Part shown: positions 1 to 8,490 of the stretch, one piece after another
How the letters are laid out: every line of letters begins with the position of its first letter
Position numbering within the stretch: position 1 is the stretch's first letter
IMG/VR virus record: IMGVR_UViG_3300035183_000127
Location: 1-56,479 of that record
Source: a virus
Lineage: Duplodnaviria; Caudoviricetes
Length of the DNA stretch: 56,479 bases
Direction: 5' to 3' (one strand)
Made by a program: the position numbers and the translations under genes
Notes under the pieces: model-generated
Seen by the model: only the letters and a program-made list of their open reading frames with translations
Databases searched by the model: none
Told to the model about the DNA's origin: nothing

Positions 1-126
1 GACAGCAGTACACCAAGTGCTCCTTTTGCTACCGCTTCTGCACAGCACGCGTCCACGCCTGCAAGCTTGTTGGCATAGATTTCGTCGACGCTTCCTGCTG
101 GGAAGACGATCAGGTCGCCGCTACCG
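1..126. repeat. Terminal direct repeat copy 1 (circular assembly overlap)
   Basis: 1-126 is identical to 56354-56479, and a reading frame runs straight through the junction. Confidence 0.95.
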
Positions 127-514
127 GAGACGCGGGCGCATCTGTGGAAGTAGTCAGCCAGAGGCACTCCGGTTGGCTTCCGCTCGATCAGGAAATCGAC
201 GACCCCACGTAGCGAGGTGGTGCCGTGATGGTCAGATGACAGCAATATGCCAATGCCCGGCGAATCGAGGTCGAGATCGAGTACAACCACGCGTTCTCCG
301 GTGCGCGCCCGCTGGATCGCGAATGCCGCCAAGCATGTGCTGCACCCCAGCCCGCCCTTGAACGAGTAGAAGACTACTACAGGTGGACCATCTTCTGGAG
401 CAACCCAGATAGGCGCATCATCGTCTGTGAACCACCCGGTCCGCGTGCGATTGTGACTCAGCGTCCAATCGCAGGACATGCTCTTTATGGCATGGTAGTT
501 GATCCTGTCGATTA
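1..514 (-). pseudogene. N-terminal/central part of a degenerate ParA/MinD-family (KGGVGR-variant) ATPase spanning the origin
   Basis: Manual translation gives ...GPPVVVFYSFKGGLGCSTCLAAFAIQRARTGERVVVLDLDLDSPGIG...GVVDFL...LIVFPAG..., in frame with ORF 55840..56409; deviant Walker A at 336-359. Confidence 0.85.
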
Positions 515-717
515 TCGACGAGATGCTTCGCCTCCGCGATGGCATACTGGATCCTCCTGTGTATCGGTGCAGTCGACCTGTTGATCTCGACCGAGAGCGA
601 AACGTCCTCCAGCAGCGCCACAAGGACGCCGATCTGCCTACGAAGCTCGCTACAGGTTGGACACGTCGAGCGACCTTGCAACTTCGCCTGCCGCTGCGTA
701 CCACTCGAGTTTTTCAC
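515..717 (-). CDS. Small phage hypothetical protein (CPTC motif), 5' part; interrupted by the ATPase insert
   Basis: ORF 418..717; joining at TCGAC to 55833 restores ...KHLVEAWARWQKTTEP* with an ATGA overlap onto the next gene. Confidence 0.6.
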
Positions 718-1048
718 CGACGACCTCCATCAGCCAAGGCGGGACGTCGTCGTGCTCACCATCCTCTATTGCGAGCACGACCTTTGTTCCAACGTCGCTG
801 AACATCGCAAGTCGAGAGTTCCAGTGCGGCTTCTCTTCTCCGTATACCGACGGGAAGTAGGCTTCAAGCCGGAAGTCTCCGTCCCTCGATTCGGACAGGC
901 TGTAAACCGCGACGCCATATTTGCCGCCACTTTCGGTGGCCTCCTTGCCAGCCTCGTCGACGGCCTTCCCCTTGTTGGATGCGGCACACACGAGGTACTG
1001 GTGCCCGTTCGTCCACCCCCACCTGTAAGCAACAACCACGTAGGTCAT
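650..1048 (-). CDS. Hypothetical phage protein
   Basis: 132-aa ORF overlapping its neighbours in a tightly packed leftward operon. Confidence 0.75.
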   Translation of the reverse strand: MTYVVVAYRWGWTNGHQYLVCAASNKGKAVDEAGKEATESGGKYGVAVYSLSESRDGDFRLEAYFPSVYGEEKPHWNSRLAMFSDVGTKVVLAIEDGEHDDVPPWLMEVVGEKLEWYAAAGEVARSLDVSNL

Positions 1049-1188
1049 TTCTTCTTCTCCTTCTTGACAGCCTTCCCGAGCAGCCCGAGCTTCTGCATGG
1101 TGCCGTACACGTACGCGTTGGCCCGGTCGCCAGTGAGGCCCCTCTTCTTGGCCTCACGCTTCAGTTTCTGCTCAACCTCTTTCGGCAT
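1045..1188 (-). CDS. Small basic hypothetical protein (AYVYGTM motif)
   Basis: AAGGAGG Shine-Dalgarno before ATG at 1188; 4-bp overlap with the next gene. Confidence 0.75.
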   Translation of the reverse strand: MPKEVEQKLKREAKKRGLTGDRANAYVYGTMQKLGLLGKAVKKEKKK

Positions 1189-1232
1189 AGCTACCTCCTT
1201 CAGTTGATCATGCGTAGTTCGTGTCGGAATCA

Positions 1233-1634
1233 CTACCGCACCTCGATGTCCGGCACGATTGCCTCCGGTTTGAACACCACGCGGTATTGGTACTTGCTGG
1301 CCTTCGATCCATCGATCTGTTCCGCGAAATATGTCACGTTGTCTGACAGGCCAAGGAAGTGCTTCTTATAGTCGTTCGGGCCGGTCTTGCACGTCACAGT
1401 TACTGCCACCGTTTCATTTGCTTTCCCGAGTGAGCACAGGCCCTCGATGACAAGCATGTACTCTCCGGTTATACCGTTGTAGAACACGATGCGCCGGTTG
1501 ATCTCAAAGTTATCTGCTGCCTTTGAGAGGTTCGCAGAAACGACGTGCGCGTCGCTACAACCAGCGGATCCAACAACGGCAGCCAAGATGGACAAGCCGC
1601 ACATGAGCTTTGCTACAGCCTTCATTGGTTTCAT
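1233..1634 (-). CDS. Conserved phage lipoprotein
   Basis: Signal peptide with lipobox SAGC; ADNFEINRRIVFYNGITG motif typical of a widespread phage lipoprotein family. Confidence 0.75.
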   Translation of the reverse strand: MKPMKAVAKLMCGLSILAAVVGSAGCSDAHVVSANLSKAADNFEINRRIVFYNGITGEYMLVIEGLCSLGKANETVAVTVTCKTGPNDYKKHFLGLSDNVTYFAEQIDGSKASKYQYRVVFKPEAIVPDIEVR

Positions 1635-1706
1635 CTTCAGCTCTCCCAATAAGCGCCTTGAATAGGCGCGCCTGCTACATCAGTCAGCCTGCTGTTGTTG
1701 TTTTGC

Positions 1707-1895
1707 TCACTTGATGAGTCGTTCGCGGAACTCTCGGCGCAGAGCGTCGCGTAGAAGGAACACCATCCACTGCGCGTGCAGCCTCGAAGGGTGTCGCCTA
1801 CCGGCGCACAGAAGAACGAAGCGCCAGAACGCGATCCTAATGACCAGATAGGTTGCGTACAGTGGGTTGAACATTCGCCTCAAGATCCGATACAC
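1707..1895 (-). CDS. Hypothetical protein
   Basis: 62-aa ORF in operon direction. Confidence 0.45.
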   Translation of the reverse strand: MYRILRRMFNPLYATYLVIRIAFWRFVLLCAGRRHPSRLHAQWMVFLLRDALRREFRERLIK

Positions 1896-1981
1896 CGGTG
1901 AATGTGCCCGTCAGACATCTCCTTGTGGGTATAGAACTCGGACAGGTTCTTTGTGATGCCGCAGCTACCGCACTTCTTCAT
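1880..1981 (-). pseudogene. Truncated N-terminal Zn-finger of an HNH-type endonuclease
   Basis: GGAGG SD, then MKKCGSCGITKNLSEFYTHKEMSDGHIHRCIGS* (33 aa). Confidence 0.55.
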
Positions 1982-2024
1982 ATTCCCTCCGTTCCATGGT
2001 CGAATGTCCGATTCGACCATCATT

Positions 2025-2450
2025 TTAGAACGGAGGACAATTAAAAGGGATGTCGGAATCCATATCCGCGATTCCGCCAGACGTGTCCACCGGCGATGCA
2101 GATGTTTTCTGCTCGACTTCGTCGCGCTTCACGGTGCGCCCGATAAGCTGGATGCGCTCCGCAACGATCTCGGTGACGTCGCGCTCGTTTCCGCTCTTGT
2201 CTGTCCACTTGCGCGTACGAAGGCGACCCTCGATGTAGATGAGGTCACCCTTCTTGGCGTACTTGCCGACCACATCTGCGAGGCGGTCCCAAGCGACGAT
2301 ACGGTGCCACTCGGTATCTTCGTCCACCTTCGACTTCCTGAACGTCGTGGCCACGTTGAATGAAGCCACAGACGTCTCTGCAGAGAGGTGCTTCACCTCC
2401 GGGTCTTTACCGATTCGGCCAAGTATGATGGCCCTATTCACGCTCGACAT
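2025..2450 (-). CDS. ssb: Single-stranded DNA-binding protein
   Basis: VNRAIILGRIGKDPE, TEWHRIV, IEGRLRTRKW motifs; acidic tail DSDIPF. Confidence 0.97.
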   Translation of the reverse strand: MSSVNRAIILGRIGKDPEVKHLSAETSVASFNVATTFRKSKVDEDTEWHRIVAWDRLADVVGKYAKKGDLIYIEGRLRTRKWTDKSGNERDVTEIVAERIQLIGRTVKRDEVEQKTSASPVDTSGGIADMDSDIPFNCPPF

Positions 2451-3330
2451 TACCACTCCTTTCGATGACAACACGCTTCTCCCACCGTCCACCGGTCGAG
2501 AACCGTTTCATGAACTCTTCGAACGACTCCCACGGCGGCAAAAGCTCCTTGATCGCTGCGTCCTTATCCACCTGATTGTTCTTCCAGTAGCGCCGCACCG
2601 TGACGCCGCCACCGGTTGCGCTTGTATCCCCAGCAAGATCCTTCAGCTTCTGCTTGATGGCGTCAGCCTGAGCCGAAAACTCCGCAATCTTGGCGTTCGT
2701 CTCGATCAGCGATGACGCCAACGACAACCACAGGCTGTCGTCCCTAGTCACGCAGTCGGTCGGGCGGATGTTCTTGTTGACGTACTTCTCGAAGAAGTCG
2801 TCCCACGCGCGCCGGATGTTGTCCCACAGCTTCTGGTCGGGCTTGTACTCGATGAAAAGGCCACCGCCCGGAGTCCACACGTAGAGCCCGACACGGTCGG
2901 AGCCGAACACCCTGTATTGGTGCTCAAGTTGCTCTGCATACTGTGGCTCGATCTCGCCCTTGAGCGCCTCCTTCCACGTCGACGACGCGGTGCCGCTGTA
3001 TGGGCACTTGATGTCGACGATCCAGTTGCCGGAGTAGAAGTCGAGAGAAGCAAGGTAGTCGCCACGGTACCCTACGATTGGCTCGCCAGTCTCGCTCAGC
3101 ACAAGCTCAAGCTCGGCGCGCGCCTTCTTCTCCATCTCCTTCCCGTACCTCATCGCGGCATTCTCGCCGATCCCTTCGCCGCTGACGAAGTAGTCGTACG
3201 CATCAGTGATAGAGCCGAATCGGCTGGAGCCTGTGACCATCGGGGTCATCGAGGCTGGCCTCTTCGTCCGCCTCAGCTTGTGCCACTCTTGCGACCCCTG
3301 CTCTATGTTCACGATCACGAGGTCGCTCAC
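2434..3330 (-). CDS. YqaJ/lambda-exonuclease-family 5'-3' exonuclease
   Basis: QGSQEW...R...AS, AMRYG...E, ASLD, DIKCP, Y..Q motifs. Confidence 0.9.
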   Translation of the reverse strand: MSDLVIVNIEQGSQEWHKLRRTKRPASMTPMVTGSSRFGSITDAYDYFVSGEGIGENAAMRYGKEMEKKARAELELVLSETGEPIVGYRGDYLASLDFYSGNWIVDIKCPYSGTASSTWKEALKGEIEPQYAEQLEHQYRVFGSDRVGLYVWTPGGGLFIEYKPDQKLWDNIRRAWDDFFEKYVNKNIRPTDCVTRDDSLWLSLASSLIETNAKIAEFSAQADAIKQKLKDLAGDTSATGGGVTVRRYWKNNQVDKDAAIKELLPPWESFEEFMKRFSTGGRWEKRVVIERSGNVERE

Positions 3331-3551
3331 GCCACCCTCCACACCCTGACGATCTCGCCCATCTTGCGGATCGTTACGTCGATCCTGATGCGCTTGGCAA
3401 CGGGATAGATGCTCGACCTCATTCTCAGCGGGACGTCGATGTACGAACCGACAGTCATGTTCCGCATCGCATTGGCCAACCCCGGAACACGCGTCCGCTT
3501 CTGAGGAGGGTTCGGGTCGCGCCGGATCTCGAAGATGACCTCTTCACTCAT
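3327..3551 (-). CDS. Small putative DNA-binding protein
   Basis: Ends in VRVWRVA; 4-bp overlap with the exonuclease start. Confidence 0.7.
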   Translation of the reverse strand: MSEEVIFEIRRDPNPPQKRTRVPGLANAMRNMTVGSYIDVPLRMRSSIYPVAKRIRIDVTIRKMGEIVRVWRVA

Positions 3552-3553
3552 GG

Positions 3554-4192
3554 CTACTGCACCTTTGCCCGCGGTGTGTGCCCAATCTCCTTCGCCTTGT
3601 CGGCGAGCTTCTGCCGCATACGTGCCCACAGTTCACGGTCGCCTGCGCCCTTGCATGCGAGGAATACGTACGACTTGGCCGACTCCCACTCGTCACCAGT
3701 CGTGACCCCTTCGACAGCGTCAGACAGTGCGGACTCGTCGACATGCTTTGACGGAGACGCTACGACGGCTGGCGTGTGCGCGTCAGCGTCATTGTCGCCC
3801 TCCGTTGGGATTGCGAATGTCTGGAGGGCGAAGTACTTGTAGGCGGCCGACATGGCTTTGTTGGTGGCCTTGTCGGCGGAATCCATCGCCTCACCGATGA
3901 ACGGGCCAGCGACGATCTCGCTGCCGTCCTCGTGGATGATGCGGTACTTGCCCTCGACCACGACGGAGAAGATGATGCCGCCATTCTTGGCAGCCTTCTC
4001 CGTGATTACGCGGTTCGAGTACGACGGCACGACGACCACCTTGTACTTCGCGTACAAGGACGACAGCGCATTCAGCACGTCGTCGATGCCGCGGAACATA
4101 TACCCCTGCTGCGTGTTCTTCCTCTGCTTGGAGATACCCTCTGACGAGAGTTCACCGATGATTGCCGCTACCGCGTTGATGACACCTGACAT
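3554..4192 (-). CDS. erf: ERF-family single-strand annealing recombinase
   Basis: GYMFRGIDDV, GEAMDSADKATNKAMSAAYKY, FAIPTEGDNDAD motifs. Confidence 0.9.
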   Translation of the reverse strand: MSGVINAVAAIIGELSSEGISKQRKNTQQGYMFRGIDDVLNALSSLYAKYKVVVVPSYSNRVITEKAAKNGGIIFSVVVEGKYRIIHEDGSEIVAGPFIGEAMDSADKATNKAMSAAYKYFALQTFAIPTEGDNDADAHTPAVVASPSKHVDESALSDAVEGVTTGDEWESAKSYVFLACKGAGDRELWARMRQKLADKAKEIGHTPRAKVQ

Positions 4193-4262
4193 CTTGCCCC
4201 CTTCGGTTGAGAACCCAGCCGCCACAGAGAGGTGCGGCGCCAGAATGCTACGTGTTGGACGG

Positions 4263-4271
4263 AGAATAGCA
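4263..4271 (-). promoter_or_regulatory. Extended -10 promoter for the recombination operon
   Basis: TG-C-TATTCT on the minus strand ~70 nt upstream of erf. Confidence 0.5.
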
Positions 4272-4354
4272 CGCCCGTTGACATGTGATAATAGATTTCG
4301 TTTCTGTTGCGTAAATACAACTACCGCATTCTTGGTATTGCGCTGAGAATTTTG

Positions 4355-4363
4355 TGGTATGCT
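4355..4363 (+). promoter_or_regulatory. Extended -10 promoter preceding the structured RNA/dnaB
   Basis: TG-G-TATGCT, 8 nt before the first helix at 4372. Confidence 0.6.
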
Positions 4364-4370
4364 CCGCTCC

Positions 4371-4750
4371 ACGTGGTCGGTGGGGTTCCCCCTAGCCGCC
4401 CCAGCTACGCAACGTAGCAACCGACCACGCCTCCACACTCTGGGGAAAGTGTGAGGCGCACTCCGCGCGTCAGCAGTGGGCTTGCATGGGCCGCCCGGAG
4501 CAGAACACCGACTCGACGCTACGGTCGTTAAACAATTCGCAGCGGGGTGCAACTCCCATACGACTGCGGGCTAGGCTGTATACCGTGCTGGCCGGGGAGC
4601 GTACGAGCGTTGCGTGCGCCGATACACGGTTCTACGAATGCGATCCCCTCTCCTACTCTCAACTTTTTGTTTGGGGGGTAGGGGGGGCTGTCCTGCGATC
4701 CCCATTATGGGGACAACGTAGCCACATGGGAGGGCGCAACCGCGCCCGGT
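4371..4750 (+). ncRNA. Candidate large structured RNA / RNA-based replication origin upstream of dnaB
   Basis: At least 9 helices plus 3 long-range loop pairings, a T-loop-like GGTGCAACTCC and a G6-TA-G7 tract; no credible CDS. Confidence 0.65.
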
Positions 4751-4763
4751 TAGGGAGATTTTC

Positions 4764-6089
4764 ATGACTTCTGATGCTACAAGGTCTATTGAGGCTGAAC
4801 AGGCACTACTTGGTTCTTTAATGCTGGATGGTGAATGTATCGACAGGGTAGAAGATGTTTCTGTTGAACATTTCTCTGTTGGTATTCACCGTCAGATTTA
4901 CTCTGCCATCATCTGGCTTTACGAGAATTCCAAGCCAACAGACATCGTGTCGGTCTTCGAGAGGCTTAGGGAGACTGGTCACGATGTCGAGATGCAGTAC
5001 CTGAATGACCTCGTTTCGTCCACACCAAGTTCTGCTGGTGTTGCCCGGTATGCAGAGGTCGTCAGGTCGAAGGCTCTTGAACGTGGTCTTGTAGCAGCAG
5101 GTTCGAGGATCATCGAGGTTGCTACGTCTGCCCTACCTACCGATGAGAAGCTCGACACAGCACAGTCCGAGATCGAGTCGGTTACGAGCAGGAGGGCACG
5201 CAGGGTTGCTAGGCACATCGGCGACATCGCAACCGAGTCCGTCAAGACGGTATCCGGCAGGTCTGAAGGGCGCGAGTCAGTCATACGTACAGGGATTGCT
5301 GCAGTCGACCGTGCCCTCTGTGGTGGACTCCGCAGGGGAAACCTTGTCATCGTTGCTGCCCGACCGTCTGTCGGGAAGACCGCGTTCGCACAGACCATCG
5401 GGATGTACGCTGCACGCGAACACTCGGTCATGATGCTTTCGATGGAGATGAGTTGCCGAGAGGTTGGCGACAGGGCCCTTGCACAGATCGGCAGCATCCC
5501 GCTGGACTGGATAATGTCGCCAGACCAGAACGACGAGTACTGGTCGCGCCTTGTTGATGCATCAGCCTTCTGCGGGCAGCTGAAGTTCTACGTCGACGAC
5601 CAGAGCGGCCTCTCGATCTTCGACGTCAAGACGAAGGCGAGGGCGCACAAGAGGAAGTCAGGACTCGACCTGTTGATCGTGGACTACCTGCAACTGATGG
5701 TCGGCAACCGAGAGAACCGGAACGCCGAGATCGAGGAGATCAGCCGAGGCCTGAAGGCGATTGCGAAGGAGCTTGACGTCGCCGTCGTAGCCCTGTCGCA
5801 GCTTAGTCGCAGGTGCGAGGAGCGTAACAACAAGAGGCCAACACTCTCCGACCTCCGTGACTCCGGAGCTATCGAGCAGGATGCAGACATCGTCATGATG
5901 CTGTACGCCGAGGAGCGCTACAATGACGACCCCGAGTGGAGGGGTATCCGTGAGCTTCTCATCGAGAAGAACAGGCAAGGCGGAGTGTGCTCCATACCAC
6001 TCATGTACATCGGCAACCTGACGAAGTTCGCACAGCTTCAAGGCGAACTCCCGAAGCGTCGTGGCAGGAGGGACGATGAATACTTCTGA
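4764..6089 (+). CDS. dnaB: Replicative DNA helicase, DnaB family
   Basis: EAEQALLG N-domain; AARPSVGKT, SMEM, VDYLQL, LSQLSR, DLRDSGAIEQDAD, KNRQG motifs. Confidence 0.98.
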   Translation: MTSDATRSIEAEQALLGSLMLDGECIDRVEDVSVEHFSVGIHRQIYSAIIWLYENSKPTDIVSVFERLRETGHDVEMQYLNDLVSSTPSSAGVARYAEVVRSKALERGLVAAGSRIIEVATSALPTDEKLDTAQSEIESVTSRRARRVARHIGDIATESVKTVSGRSEGRESVIRTGIAAVDRALCGGLRRGNLVIVAARPSVGKTAFAQTIGMYAAREHSVMMLSMEMSCREVGDRALAQIGSIPLDWIMSPDQNDEYWSRLVDASAFCGQLKFYVDDQSGLSIFDVKTKARAHKRKSGLDLLIVDYLQLMVGNRENRNAEIEEISRGLKAIAKELDVAVVALSQLSRRCEERNNKRPTLSDLRDSGAIEQDADIVMMLYAEERYNDDPEWRGIRELLIEKNRQGGVCSIPLMYIGNLTKFAQLQGELPKRRGRRDDEYF

Positions 6090-6282
6090 CGAAGAGTACA
6101 GGCACCAGTGTGAGGTGCGCTCCTTTCTTAGGATGAAGGCGTCCGGCCAGATGACGAGGGCCCTCGCACTCATCGGCAGGGTGCTCGTAACACGCGGTCA
6201 GGAGGCTGCAGACAGGATCAGGAGGGACGCGAACGAGCAGTGGGAAAAAGGCAACAGGGGAGAAGATGGGTGTTGGTGTTGA
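6076..6282 (+). CDS. Conserved small phage protein (RHQCEVR...QWEKGNRG)
   Basis: SD GGAGG; overlaps the end of dnaB. Confidence 0.75.
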   Translation: MNTSDEEYRHQCEVRSFLRMKASGQMTRALALIGRVLVTRGQEAADRIRRDANEQWEKGNRGEDGCWC

Positions 6283-6526
6283 CTACGTTCTGGTATTCTT
6301 GGCCAGCTTCGTCTTCGTCATGGTGAAGGCGTTCCAGCAGCTTAACGTGCAGCACGACAAGTTCGCGTGGGTCGTCCCTACATCCGTGACGATGGCAGTG
6401 TGTGAGGTGTTCGTGGTAGCCAACATCGCACACAACGGTTGGGGGTGGATCGTTATCCCGACCGGACTTGGAAGCGGGCTCGGGTGCATCGTCGCAATGG
6501 TGATCCATAGGAGGCTTCGTGGTTAA
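6266..6526 (+). CDS. Small 3-TM membrane protein
   Basis: Three hydrophobic segments; KAFQQLNV motif. Confidence 0.75.
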   Translation: MGVGVDYVLVFLASFVFVMVKAFQQLNVQHDKFAWVVPTSVTMAVCEVFVVANIAHNGWGWIVIPTGLGSGLGCIVAMVIHRRLRG

Positions 6527-7127
6527 ACGGGCATACGTTGAGTTGCCGGTCGGGTTCTCGTTCGCAGGTGGCGCGCTTCGGAACCCTCTGGTCGTAGGCA
6601 TCACTGGAACAGCAGGTTCTGGAAAGACTACTGCGGCGCGCATCTTGTGCGACAGGTACGACTTCTCCCGCGTCAGACTTGCTGAACCCATCAAAAAGAT
6701 GGCGCGCGCTCTCGGCCTCACGCACGACCAAGTCGACGGTCCGCTGAAGGAGATTCCGCTCGACGAGTTGTGCGGAAAGACTCCACGGTACGTGATGCAG
6801 ACTCTCGGGACCGAGTGGGGCCGCCGCACCATCGGGGAGGACATCTGGGTCAGGATCGCCCAGAAGGAGATCGGGAGGCTTGTGTCGAACGGGGTCTCCG
6901 TCGTGGTCGACGACGTCAGGTTTCCGGATGAGGCCGAGATGATCAAGAGGCTCGGTGGAGCGATGGTGCGCGTCGAGAACCCGGTCATCACGCAGTCAAC
7001 CGCGCACGAGAGTGAGCGGCACATTTTCAACATCGAGGTCGACTACGTCATCGTAAACGACGGATCGATTGCCGACCTCGGCATCGGTGTCGAGGGCGTC
7101 GTGTCCTCGCTTTTCATTGGGGTGTGA
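6519..7127 (+). CDS. Deoxynucleoside monophosphate kinase
   Basis: GITGTAGSGKTT P-loop, RYVMQTLGTEWGR, DDVRFPDE, HESE. Confidence 0.95.
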   Translation: MVKRAYVELPVGFSFAGGALRNPLVVGITGTAGSGKTTAARILCDRYDFSRVRLAEPIKKMARALGLTHDQVDGPLKEIPLDELCGKTPRYVMQTLGTEWGRRTIGEDIWVRIAQKEIGRLVSNGVSVVVDDVRFPDEAEMIKRLGGAMVRVENPVITQSTAHESERHIFNIEVDYVIVNDGSIADLGIGVEGVVSSLFIGV

Positions 7128-7128
7128 C

Positions 7129-7410
7129 ATGATCTTGAAAGAGGGAGTTGCTGAGGTCGGTTCGGTCGACAACCCGAAGGAGTCGGTCCTTCGCACGCTA
7201 CGAAGCGGAACCGAGTTCGCGGAGAAGTGTGAGTCTCCAGTGGTATTCGTCGTAGTTGCAGAGTCTGCAAACAATGAGAACGCGAACCTGTCGTTCATCG
7301 GCAGCACGATGTCGCCGGAGCAGATGTACGTTGCACTACCGGGTGCTGTCCGTGTCGTCATGGATACAATCAGCGACAGCGAGGTGAAAGGTGGGGAGGC
7401 GAAGAACTGA
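7129..7410 (+). CDS. Hypothetical protein
   Basis: 93-aa ORF filling the operon gap. Confidence 0.65.
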   Translation: MILKEGVAEVGSVDNPKESVLRTLRSGTEFAEKCESPVVFVVVAESANNENANLSFIGSTMSPEQMYVALPGAVRVVMDTISDSEVKGGEAKN

Positions 7411-7604
7411 GGTTGGGTTCGGCCTCTACGTACAGAAGTCTGGCCGGCCACGGTACATCATCGACATCAGGCCTCCATTCGTCCTGTACTCGAATGGGTG
7501 GCGACAGGTTGTACGCTTGCAGGCTCCAGACGTTCAAACGGTGGATGAGGGATTCGAGTTATGTCAGGCTCGACTCTGTACCGGAATTTTGTCTTGAGGG
7601 ATGA
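7391..7604 (+). pseudogene. Small hypothetical gene apparently split by a frameshift at ~7496
   Basis: Removing one G from ATGGGTGG joins ...VLYSNG to GDRLYACRLQTFKRW... Confidence 0.45.
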
Positions 7605-7962
7605 CGTTGTATGGGAAAGGGCAAAGGCGTTCATCGAAGCGAACAGGAAATCCGTCCTGCTTTCTGTTTCGGTATCGGAGGCATCTAAGCCGAGGACGCG
7701 CGACCAGAACGACTACGCTCGAGCACTCGTACGCGAGGTGGCCTCGAACGCGTGGGTGAATGGGAGACAGTTTTCTGCTGACGCTTGGTGGGAGTTCTTC
7801 GCTCGAGAGTTTGGGCCGTGCGACGAGGTAGAGCTTCCGAATGGGGAAGTCGTGAAGCGTAGGCGTTCGACGACGGAGATGTCGGCGAAAGCGTTCTCTG
7901 AGTTCATCGAGTCGATCCGCGAGTACGCTGCAAACACACTTGGTCTGGAGCTTACGCTATGA
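7561..7962 (+). CDS. ninB: NinB-family recombination protein
   Basis: RTRDQN...W..F...RSTTEMSAKAFSEFIE pattern. Confidence 0.85.
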   Translation: MSGSTLYRNFVLRDDVVWERAKAFIEANRKSVLLSVSVSEASKPRTRDQNDYARALVREVASNAWVNGRQFSADAWWEFFAREFGPCDEVELPNGEVVKRRRSTTEMSAKAFSEFIESIREYAANTLGLELTL

Positions 7963-8234
7963 GGTACCCGTCACTGAAGTTTGCGGCTGATGACGAAAGC
8001 TGCATCTCGTGCGGAGCGCGCGATGGAACTGTCGTACTAGCACACAGGAACGAAGGAAAGGGAATGGGGATCAAGGCCCCAGACTACTGGGCCCTAGACC
8101 TGTGTGCAGCGTGCCACCGGGAGTACGATCAAGGGTCGAAGATGTCGCGCGATGAGAAGAGGGCTTGGTTCAATGCACTCTACCCGAAGCAGGTTGAGCG
8201 TTGGGTCAAGAAGGGTCTGATGGTGATCGCGTAG
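7959..8234 (+). CDS. YbcO/DUF1364-like HNH-fold nuclease
   Basis: CISCG...VVLAHRN.GKGMGIKAPD...LCAACH..YD. Confidence 0.85.
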   Translation: MRYPSLKFAADDESCISCGARDGTVVLAHRNEGKGMGIKAPDYWALDLCAACHREYDQGSKMSRDEKRAWFNALYPKQVERWVKKGLMVIA

Positions 8235-8242
8235 GGGGCACG

Positions 8243-8467
8243 ATGCTTTGCACGAAGTGCGGCAGCAAAACAATTACAGTCAATTCCCGTTACATCATTG
8301 GGGGCCGCAGGCGCAGGAGGGAGTGCAGAGGTTGCGGGTACAGGTTCACGACAGTCGAGTTTGCGGCTGTGTCGACTGCGTCGTCGGTCGTCAGCCGGGT
8401 CAAGCGTTGGAGAGAAAAGCCGAACGCTACTCTCGAAGAGCTTGATGCTATCCTCGAGGATGAGTAA
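8243..8467 (+). CDS. NrdR-like N-terminal zinc-ribbon protein
   Basis: CTKCG...SR...RRRRECRGCGYRFTTVE; no ATP-cone. Confidence 0.85.
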   Translation: MLCTKCGSKTITVNSRYIIGGRRRRRECRGCGYRFTTVEFAAVSTASSVVSRVKRWREKPNATLEELDAILEDE

Positions 8468-8490
8468 GAACGGAGTGGTGGTTGGAGGCG

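Noticed and set aside
1-514. ParA as evidence of a plasmid-prophage partition system
   Set aside because: Walker A is altered, the gene is truncated and frameshifted, it interrupts a phage gene, and no ParB/parS is seen
4486-4767. 93-aa ORF with ATGA overlap onto dnaB as a replication initiator
   Set aside because: No SD and no recognisable motif, and it lies wholly within dense base-paired sequence; not fully excluded
8243-8467. Full NrdR repressor
   Set aside because: Only the zinc ribbon is present, with no ATP-cone domain
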